DNA of 61,633 nucleotides, counting the filler, from Stramenopiles sp. TOSAG23-2 (taxonomy: Eukaryota), in NCBI GenBank assembly GCA_900128395.1. It is 8 parts of 8 records of this genome, joined end to end, with 100 filler letters (N's around TTAATTAATTAA, not from the genome) between each part and the next. Parts side by side here need not be neighbours in the genome. Positions count along the whole stretch, not along the records: positions 45,642 to 56,914 come from LT649948.1; positions 57,015 to 58,488 come from LT652833.1; positions 58,589 to 60,061 come from LT652834.1; positions 60,162 to 61,633 come from LT652835.1; 4 more parts are not named here. One strand, written 5' to 3'. Positions 52,724 through 61,633 of the stretch are shown here, one piece after another. The stretch's first letter is position 1; each line of letters opens with the position of its first letter. Position numbers and translations under genes: made by a program. The notes under the pieces were generated by a model that worked only from the letters and a program-made list of their open reading frames with translations, was not told the origin of the DNA and ran no database searches.

Positions 52724-54469
52724 TTACAAGCCCTGCATGGAATTGGCCCGTCCCCTTTTGTTGGAGTGTCCTCCACCTTCATCCTGTCCTAAATTCACAT
52801 ACCGCTTATCACTAAGAATCAACCTAAGCCAACCATTAACAGTCTCTCTAGGAGCTTCAGGACAAGCTAGTAGATGGTTTTTAATATGATCATTTTTCCT
52901 GGTATGCCTTTTCTCAATTTTTTTTTCAACTGCATGAAACATTTTTTTGCAGAATTTGCACTTAAATATGGGTGTACATGTTACTGCTGGGCAGCAGTCT
53001 TTATTGCCACACTTTACAGTAATTGGTCTTCTACTAGGCTTCTGGTTTACCCACTTTTCCAGTGCTTTTGCATTAGGACATATCCTATCAAGGCAGACCT
53101 TACCGTCACAATTGGCGAACCTTCTCGGGTTGCAATTTAGCCATTCTTTTGAAGAGGCCTTGTAACATACCGGGCACTGGATGGTATCGTCATTAACGCC
53201 AGCCTCTTCTGCTAAGTCCTTACATATCTTGTCCACATCTTCTGGTTTCATAATATTATCAGCTATATAATCCTTTAACTCAATACATTCCATATTAATA
53301 AATATTTCAAGTGACCACTTACGTTTTTTTTTTGACTGTCCATTGTTAGTGATTTGACTCTGACTTGCTTCAGAAGCTATTAACTCATAAAGATTATCAT
53401 GTGGTATATTTACATATACAATGGCATGGATTGGCCCATCGTCCTCGTGGGAATACTCCTCCAAAAGTTGTAATATGTAATCATTTTTTTTGTTTTGAGG
53501 GCAAATAAATTCCATATAATCCGTACTTTTGTTGTCTGCTACTCGAGCTAATTTTTCGATCCATAGAGAAGGCTGTAAATCATCAACCATTTCCATGAAC
53601 GTTTCCCGATTTTGTGGGAATCTTTTGTACCCGCCATATTCTTCATTGAGCCGTATTCCGGCTTCATTAGATTCAACCAAAAACCTAGTATTAAGATGAA
53701 TATGATACCATTTACAAGCCGTCGTATGTTCCTTCATATGTTTCTTTAAATTTTCCAGCTTCCTACACACAGGGACGGCTACTAGATCGAAATCCTTTAA
53801 CCGTTCAAAATAGTTTTTGTTACTATCTGTGGATGCTGGCAATTGCAACCAATTTAGTTCTTTCATTGCATCTCGTACAAGAGATAATTTTCTCTCCGTT
53901 AAAATGGTTTTAATCATTTTTGTCTTCTTTGTATCGTACCTTGACAAATCTCGAACCACGTTGAAGCCATTTAAGCCTAATATTTCTCGGAGAAGGCTTA
54001 AAGCTGATTTTTTTGAGTTTACATTTGATTCGTTCGTTTGCTCTTCAAATCTTTTCTCAAAATTGTCACGAGTCTCAAATAACTCGTTTTTGTGGGGTTC
54101 AGTGACAAAAAATTCAACAGCGTAAAGATTGCCAGTTTCTTCTAGGCTCATTTGCTCCAAAACGTATACCGGGGCGTTTCCTATATCGTAAATCATGCTA
54201 CCGGCTGCGAAAGAAAAAGGAAAATCTTCATAACATTTTTTAATTGTGGCAACAGCAGTTTTTCCATAGACAAATATTCTCTTAATGCAATATGGTGATG
54301 TATTAGAAATATTACATAAACAACAAATATGAAAACGTAAATTAGGAAAATCTTGGTGTAATTTTTGATTAAAATTATCAGCATGATTAATTTTTTCTTT
54401 TAGTACTAAGAAAATCAAAATATGGAAATTGATATCTGGACTAATAGAATACGATGTAGATGATGCCAT
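52724..54469 (-). CDS. Orphan protein with C-terminal PHD-like and BED-like zinc fingers
   Basis: CPVC...WLNC...CDGKVC...C...CGNKDC, then CKFC...NHLLAC; basic KKKRK; N-terminal two-thirds unrecognised. Confidence 0.6.
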   Translation of the reverse strand: MASSTSYSISPDINFHILIFLVLKEKINHADNFNQKLHQDFPNLRFHICCLCNISNTSPYCIKRIFVYGKTAVATIKKCYEDFPFSFAAGSMIYDIGNAPVYVLEQMSLEETGNLYAVEFFVTEPHKNELFETRDNFEKRFEEQTNESNVNSKKSALSLLREILGLNGFNVVRDLSRYDTKKTKMIKTILTERKLSLVRDAMKELNWLQLPASTDSNKNYFERLKDFDLVAVPVCRKLENLKKHMKEHTTACKWYHIHLNTRFLVESNEAGIRLNEEYGGYKRFPQNRETFMEMVDDLQPSLWIEKLARVADNKSTDYMEFICPQNKKNDYILQLLEEYSHEDDGPIHAIVYVNIPHDNLYELIASEASQSQITNNGQSKKKRKWSLEIFINMECIELKDYIADNIMKPEDVDKICKDLAEEAGVNDDTIQCPVCYKASSKEWLNCNPRRFANCDGKVCLDRICPNAKALEKWVNQKPSRRPITVKCGNKDCCPAVTCTPIFKCKFCKKMFHAVEKKIEKRHTRKNDHIKNHLLACPEAPRETVNGWLRLILSDKRYVNLGQDEGGGHSNKRGRANSMQGL

Positions 54470-55510
54470 TTTTTTCGTGACAATCTTTTAATATGTACAA
54501 TTAAAACTATTCAAACAACGACAATTATACAAAATAATCAGCAATATTACGCAACAATAACCAAGATAAATTAAGTTACAAGACCATAGGAGAATTTGTT
54601 AATTTTTGTTTTTATAAATATTTCTTGGCACCTTTAGCAATTTCAACTATAGACAAATATATCTAATATATCATGGTGCAAGGTACTGTATCCTCGTACC
54701 TCGTACCAGGTATATCAGTATGACATATAAACACTTATACCGGAAGCTAAATAATCTGATTTTGCCTTGATATTGCATGCTATTAATATTTCAATAATCC
54801 AAGTTCAATCTCAGTCCATCATATTATCACACTACACTATCATCTGCATTCTCTAACTAAGTACAAACTATACCACCTGTAAGACATAATAAATCAATAC
54901 ATAATAGTGCAATAAACTACCACGTATTGACGCTAATTTACCTCCCCTTCTTTTTTGCTTCGACACCAGACGACGACTACCTGCATTCTTTTTGGCCCCC
55001 GCGCGTTGAAGATTCATTTTTACACCAAAATCACCTCCATAAAAGTATATTTTTTTGTAGAGTAAAATAAACTATATTTCCTATATAAAAACCAACGCTA
55101 CGCACTTGTGAGCTATTGCTGCCGGCGATCGCAGTAGGCGATAATCTCAATTTCTACCTGCTTTCGCACAGAGCGAGCAATATACGGCGATTTCCGGACA
55201 TCTTTTTGTTAATAACCTAAACGTGTTAATAGTTTAATAAGTATAATATAATTTAGGATTGAATTATAACTATATCGAGATAAAGTAGATATATGTTAGA
55301 AAAAAGTGGGGGGGATAGAGAGCAATGATTAGCAAGGTTTACACGTAGTTGTGCATATTTCAAATGTGATATATTTCGAATATAAAAACATATTATTATA
55401 GCAAAAAAAATCAATAATAATACTACAGATATTTTTGTTGCTTCTTTATCTTATGGCATTTAAAAAATTAATCAACAAATAGATAAATGTTGCAAATCTA
55501 AAATAATAAG

Positions 55511-56110
55511 ATGAAGTGGCAAAATGAGGAAATTAAAAATTTAATCAATACTTATAAAAACGAAGGAAGTGGAAATGACCGAATCAACCGAACCGTGACA
55601 GGTTTCGTGAAATATCAGCGGGATAAAAAGTCCAAGCTTGTAAATGAAGTCATCACGCGGAAAAAAGAAGCCATTGAAAGGAAATTACGTGACTTGATTA
55701 GGTACAACTTTGGTTCAGACTATCAAAAGACGTTGTTGAAGGACAAGGAAAAGAAAAAAGAAGATTTTACGGACGATGATATCGATGCACTAATAAAGAC
55801 AGAGACAGCTTTTAATGCATCAAAAACAGCACAGAAAACAGATTTTACGGACGCTGATATCGACGCACTAATAAAGACAGAGACAGATTTTGATGCATCA
55901 AAAACAGCACAGAAAAGGTTTCTCTTTGATATACTATCTCTTACTTTTAATAAGAACGACGAGGAAAACATGAACAAGGTAAATAATAGCGTTGATGACT
56001 TTGACGTCCGCTATGGCGTTAATTGGAAGCCGGAAGTCTTTTTAAAATTCGATTTCGATTTCAACTTTATCCTAGAAATCAAAAAGTCAAAATGTGAAGG
56101 TATGCATTGA
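55511..56110 (+). CDS. Hypothetical protein with an internal 26-aa tandem duplication
   Basis: ATG-started, 199 aa; DFTD(D/A)DIDALIKTET(A/D)F(N/D)ASKTAQK occurs twice. Confidence 0.5.
   Translation: MKWQNEEIKNLINTYKNEGSGNDRINRTVTGFVKYQRDKKSKLVNEVITRKKEAIERKLRDLIRYNFGSDYQKTLLKDKEKKKEDFTDDDIDALIKTETAFNASKTAQKTDFTDADIDALIKTETDFDASKTAQKRFLFDILSLTFNKNDEENMNKVNNSVDDFDVRYGVNWKPEVFLKFDFDFNFILEIKKSKCEGMH
55763..55916 (+). repeat. 78-bp-period tandem duplication
   Basis: 55763-55838 and 55841-55916 are nearly identical. Confidence 0.9.
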
Positions 56111-56520
56111 AAATTATACACAATTCTCCAGACTGTAAACTCATGTTGAAAAATTATGTGTTGTCTATAGGATGTGTAGCCAAAATGCATATAAAAAATG
56201 TAGGAAGTATGTATAGCACGAAGTTTACATTCGTAATACAATTGTAAATATTAGTGAATTAATCTCTAAATGTATCGTATTAAAATGATACGAATACGAA
56301 AACGTACAAGTTTTTAAATGATCAATATTTTATGGAAATATCAAAAGAAGTATACTGTATGTCTCTCGAGATATAAAATTAAACGCTTCTATAAGAAATT
56401 TAAAAAATCAATGTGTCTTAAAAAAAACACAAATATATATATATTATATAATATATATATTATATATATTATACTCATCATATAAAAATTATTACGATTC
56501 ATTGTCCATCTTTCAGTTTA

Positions 56521-56906
56521 GTGAGATAGATATTACTGTCTCAGTTATTATATTCTTTCTGGAGAGTAGGAATTATCATGAGTAAATTAAAAAATAAATT
56601 ATGCATTAATTAAATATATTATGCATATGATAATATATAAATTTGTTTTACTCCCGTTCATTAACATCTCAAATCAAAAATGATTTAAACATATAATATA
56701 TATTAACTTAGATTTTAAACATCAATATATATATATATATAATTCTCTTATTTTATATATATATATATATATTTAACACGATAAAATACAAATAATATAT
56801 ACGACGATTATAATAATTTAATTTACGCATAATTTATTGTTTTAAATTTACTCATGATAATTCCTACTTTTCAAAAGAATACAATAACTGAAATAATCTA
56901 TCTCAC
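56521..56906. mobile_element. MITE-like element with ~85-bp imperfect terminal inverted repeats
   Basis: Arms 56521-56604 and 56827-56906, with a perfect 24-bp inverted core agtaggaattatcatgagtaaatt (56565-56588 / 56845-56868). AT-rich non-coding interior; related fragments occur on other contigs. Confidence 0.55.
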
Positions 56907-56914
56907 ACTAATGT

Positions 56915-57014
56915 NNNNNNNNNNNNNNNNNNNNNNNNNNNNNNNNNNNNNNNNNNNNTTAATTAATTAANNNNNNNNNNNNNNNNNNNNNNNNNNNNNN
57001 NNNNNNNNNNNNNN
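56915..57014. other. Artificial contig spacer
   Basis: N44-TTAATTAATTAA-N44. Confidence 0.98.
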
Positions 57015-58488
57015 CAGACCAATCATTCCATTTGCCGTCATGGGTCCATAAACATCCATACGGTTCACGGGCATTGCCATTTGGTTCCCCGCTATTCCAA
57101 TTAGAATAAGAAAGACTATCACCATTTGCCCATTTCCATGCACCGTTTTCAAAAGTCAATCCAATCCAACATTTTTTTCCCCCACATACTCCGTGCGCAT
57201 TATTTTGCTGTTCTTGACTTGTAATAATAGCCAAGGTGGTCCCTTTACCTGCACAATATGACTTTGCATTGTTAAAGCTCATTTCAGTATCTCCAATGAA
57301 ATAACTTTCTTTTTCAACAATTTGCTGAGGCAGATCAAGCACTTCATCACCTCCAACTTTTATTTTCGATATTTTCGCTGTACATTTTGTACTCATAGTT
57401 TGTTCACTAGAAAATAGACGAATAAAATCAGAATTGTCACAACCTATTGTATCCGTCCAAACAGCTGTGTTTGCGGGTTGGCCATGTATTGTTTTACAAT
57501 GCCCATATTGGTTGTTACTACAACATTTACCTGCACTAGTATCAGGTCTGGTAAAATCGCAAAATGCATCATCACATTCAGTACCTGATGAGCTAAACAT
57601 AAGTGCTGTGCAATCCCTCCCAATCACTTTAACACTTCGAATGGTATTACATCCAATATCATTTCGACCGCAAGCTTTTACATTTCCATCTACAACAATT
57701 TTATTCCCTTTCCCCTGCCTATCAAATGCTACAACTATTTGGCATTTGTTACCTGTATTCCTCGGGGTGTCGACTCTAACAGCACCTATATTAAGTTGAC
57801 AATTCGTTTTAGTATCCACCCAATAGTATTGAGTCTCTGGCTTATTTTGAAGCGCCGTACTCTGCTCATTTACAACTTCGCATAAACTACCATCGTTTGA
57901 GTAAATTCGTGCACTACATTTCCCAATTGTGGCACAACATATATCACTATCTGTATTTAACCCGCAGTTTGTTCCTTTACATGGTATTTCAGAAGCCTTT
58001 AATTTTGCTGTAGTTCCTGTTGGACAATTACCGTGAAAATCAGCAAATAGCGAATTACATTTAGCTGCACAGCATTTTAATTTATCATCGGTTGATCTAC
58101 ATCCATATTTACTTGTACACCGGACATTTGATAAATGTGATGGAATATCACCATCATTTACATACATTTTATTATTGAAATTAAATCTTTGTGCCATGTT
58201 ACATTCATCGCGATTTTGACAATTTGTGGCCGGTTCGATAATCAAAGATTTTATGATACTATTGTCGGCATATGCATTTAAATTTGCAACATAATCTTTC
58301 AACAGTGCATAACAATTTACATTTTTGTATTGGAAATTTAATTTCACCGTATCGTTGAAATATACCAATATTGTACTGGTATTAACTTCTATTGTTACCT
58401 TTGTAACAGCATTAAATGGTATTGGTTCCGCAACAAATTCTTTCATTTCAGATCGTGATGTGACAATGGTATATGTTTGTTCAGTCTT
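57015..58488 (-). CDS. Fragment of a large Cys-rich extracellular protein with a C-type lectin domain (partial at both ends)
   Basis: MSFNNAKSYC...LAII...CWIGL...WKWANG...YSNWNSGEPN...WNDW; the EPN and WND motifs are associated with Ca2+/mannose-type binding. Confidence 0.85.
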
Positions 58489-58588
58489 NNNNNNNNNNNN
58501 NNNNNNNNNNNNNNNNNNNNNNNNNNNNNNNNTTAATTAATTAANNNNNNNNNNNNNNNNNNNNNNNNNNNNNNNNNNNNNNNNNNNN
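58489..58588. other. Artificial contig spacer
   Basis: N44-TTAATTAATTAA-N44. Confidence 0.98.
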
Positions 58589-59200
58589 TGTTGTTGTTGT
58601 TGTTGTTGTCGTTCGACATCGATATCATTTTCAAATATATATACGTATTAGTATATGTATATATATATATATATATATATAAATGTTGAAAGGATGTATA
58701 ATATATAAACAATTATGTACACTTACCTACATCTGTTCATTAACTATATTTATTTTGTAATATAAATAATGTATAATAATATGTGAAAATGTCATTGTTT
58801 GGTTGTTGTCTGGTTGTATTATATCGTCGTGTATCATGTAATATTATATAAATATAATATTGTTCTCGACTGCTGGTCCTCCTTGTTGTATTTATAATAC
58901 AGTAATAGACCTGTGTCTAGACTAGTATAGTATTGTACTTAAATTAAATGTCGTTTTATTTCATCCACAGAATATCATCATTTTGCCAGGTTTGCATTTT
59001 TTTGCAGCAACAACTTTATGCCAGCTGGGCCAGCCTGGCCAGTATGTGCCTGCCCAGGGCCTGCACAAACAATATAATTAATAATAGTTCTTCTTTAAAT
59101 ATGGTATTAGATATTACAATATATTTACAGTATACGTAAAGATACAGACAGACAGACATATATATAAACATATAAAACGTATATAATATATCAACAAATC

Positions 59201-60061
59201 ATGCCATTGAAACAACAACCGTCAATATTTCAAGGCGGAACGCCAAAATTCATCAAACGGCGCCAAGATTATACCAATATACAAAGGCCAAAAGCTTCCC
59301 TGTCACCAACAAATATTGGTAATAATTTTAACTCTTTTAATAGCTTCAAAGTATATGGTACTAATGAAAATAATAATAATGGTTCGGCACGACGAAAAAA
59401 TCAACAAATGAATCAACGTAACGAGTCCTTTGTCGTATCACCACCATCCAAGAAAAGTCCACAATTTTTTTCAACATTTGCAAGAAACGAAAGTAATCGT
59501 AAAAACAAAGGGGATAATAATAATAATAATAAAAATGATAAAAGAAAATCAGCTAGGAAACCAAAATTTAATATGTCTACTCGTAAGTCTAAAATGACAA
59601 TCAAAGATATTTCGCCACGTAAAAGCAGTGATATTGGTGGTAAAAAACAAAATAATTACTCTCCTTACTACTCTTCAGATGTAGCCATTTTAAAGAACAA
59701 GCCGCCATCCCCAACTGGCATACCACCTGCAGGTACGAAACGTGTTATATTTCTCAACGAATCTGACTATTACAATAATAATAGTAATAATAATAATAGT
59801 AATAGCAGCGTTACGGCTGGTGCCAGTAATAAATACAACGAAGACGTTATTGATCTTGATCAAAAAAATCAGCAACAACCAGAACAATATAAATTTTTCA
59901 GCCGAAGAGAAAATACGTTATTAATTCAAAAGGGACAAATGGATAAAATGGGTGGTAATGGCCAAAAAAATAGGAATGGGTATCGTCATCATCATCCAAA
60001 TCACAGAGCACCAGAATATCATGATATAAATGACAGCGGTGGGAACGCATCACAACAACAA
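59201..60061 (+). CDS. Low-complexity N/K/S-rich protein, 3'-partial
   Basis: ATG after an AT-rich leader; open to the contig end; no recognisable domain. Confidence 0.55.
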
Positions 60062-60161
60062 NNNNNNNNNNNNNNNNNNNNNNNNNNNNNNNNNNNNNNN
60101 NNNNNTTAATTAATTAANNNNNNNNNNNNNNNNNNNNNNNNNNNNNNNNNNNNNNNNNNNN
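60062..60161. other. Artificial contig spacer
   Basis: N44-TTAATTAATTAA-N44. Confidence 0.98.
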
Positions 60162-61633
60162 AATTGGTCCGGTTCTTGGAGATATACTCAGGTTCCTCGC
60201 AGCGGCATGGTACACAAATGGCAACTTAGAAATTGAGTAATCCTGGCCATTTATCGAGACATCGACATCAACTTCACCAACACTATGGGGTGGAGTTGTA
60301 CAAGTTATATTAACACCAGATAATACAGTGGCTTTTACAGCAGTTTCGTTGAAACGACAATAAATAGCATCCGTATGATATGGCTGAAAAATAAATGGGT
60401 TCTTGTCGAATTCATCATATCTACCCAGAGCTATTGTTATCCTAGTATGTCCTGTGGACGGGCCAGTCAAAGGCTCTAATGTTCCCAACACAATGGATGG
60501 AACATATTCATATTGCGTAAAAGAATCTGTAAAAATAACACCATTATTTGTTACTTCGACCGCCACACTAGGCCCATATGCCTCCTTTACATTTCCTATT
60601 GTTACACTAGGTGATGTACCACTCAAACCTGCATTGTCGACAACAAATTTCGGGACGTAGCCAAAGTTGGGATTTTGCGCTGATCTGTACGTATGGAAAG
60701 TCACAGCCCAAATGAAGCCTTCACTCGAAGTTAATTCCGAGCGAGATACTTGCACGTTTTTTGCACCAGCAAAAGACCTTTCAATTTCTTTTTTCAACTC
60801 GTTTGCACTTACGCTGTAATTTAAAGGATTGGATTTCTCAATGTTGTTACCAGACAATTGTAATATAAAATTGCCAGATAATGGAGTGTAAGAAGCATTT
60901 TGGTAAACGTCTACCGTTACCATTGCATCTGTTCCCGTAATCAAATTGCCCAACGAGTGTATTTTGATATACGGATTTGACGACTCATACGTATATTTTT
61001 CAACGTACGAAATCGACCAAGTGATCGCACCCGTCCCTGCATTCTCAGATAAAAGTGCTACACTTACATTTAAACCTAGATCTTGAATAATTTTATTTTG
61101 CAGCCCAATTGCCCCTTCATTGTATGCTATGCTTGCAGTTGCTGTATTAGCATCATCATACAGTTGCAATTTAAACGAACCAGCAACTTTATCATTCCCA
61201 GGCTGGACTACGGTCACGTTCACATCTATTCCACTCCCGCTCAAGCCAGTTATTCCGACCGCCAATGGCTCGACATTACCACCCTGTAACAAGTCAAATG
61301 TAACAGTCCATTCAACTTTCTCTTGACCGGGCAAAAATGATTTGCGCGTGACATGGACAATTCCTGTTGTGCTTGGTAAATTTTCTATTGCATCTTTCAC
61401 AACCGCAGCTTCGCTATCGAAAAATATAGAATTAGATGTATGAGAATAGTGACCAAAAGTAACGTTTCCAAATAATGGAAGAGTGCCGGCTTGCTCAGCT
61501 GTTACTGCACAATCATAGCTTGAAATACTTTCCACACAATCTAACGTTGGACCAGAATTACCTATCAAAGCTACAAATGTAACGAACCATGCAAAACCTC
61601 TTTTCCCAACCGAATGTTCCCTAGACACGTGGA
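60162..61633 (-). CDS. Internal fragment of a giant surface protein with WxVTF repeats and IPT/TIG domains
   Basis: Repeated A..VK.A.E.L...V.V.R...W.VTF units; IPT motifs P.TGP.TGHT.I.I...CRF...ITCTTPP...VSINGQDY; open at both ends. Confidence 0.8.

Noticed and set aside
55081-55200. GC-richer patch with a short possible hairpin, considered as tRNA/ncRNA
   Set aside because: No cloverleaf, T-loop or recognisable snRNA/snoRNA boxes; cannot be supported without a covariance search.
58981-59070. Cluster of GCCAG/CTGGC words upstream of the 59201 gene
   Set aside because: Too short and irregular to call as a repeat, array or element.
1-61633. CRISPR arrays, rRNA, tRNA, integrase/transposase/reverse transcriptase genes and alternative genetic code
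   Set aside because: None recognised by eye; conserved genes translate and terminate normally with the standard code.

Overview
This window is not one locus. It is eight unrelated assembly contigs joined by artificial 100-nt spacers (N44-TTAATTAATTAA-N44), ordered by decreasing length: 11324, 11320, 11308, 11289, 11273, then 1474, 1473 and 1472 nt. Gene neighbourhoods across spacers therefore mean nothing. Contig 1 (1-11324) looks like a large DNA virus, probably Nucleocytoviricota; this is an inference, because no hallmark core gene is present. It is intron-free and tightly packed. It encodes a fungal-type GH18 chitinase that the ORF track missed, a DEDDh nuclease, a SLATT-like 2TM protein, a two-domain glycosyltransferase and a cluster of beta-rich putative virion/fibre proteins. 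Contigs 2-8 come from an AT-rich, intron-poor microbial eukaryote with poly-Asn tracts, probably a heterotrophic stramenopile (inference). They carry RPL6, TRAPPC5, PP2A B56, an ERdj3-like DnaJ, GH78, two MFS transporters, a sterol desaturase, a HAD hydrolase and two clear GT-AG introns. The most striking find is an intact SNF2-family ATPase whose two RecA lobes are in reversed (circularly permuted) order, inside a 4-kb block bounded by 53-bp direct repeats. Also notable are a metzincin protease carrying poly-(Pro-Arg) and Lys/Gly tracts, a CpG-depleted decaying island, and a dispersed inverted-repeat (MITE-like) family. All family calls come from motif recognition by eye; no database searches were run.
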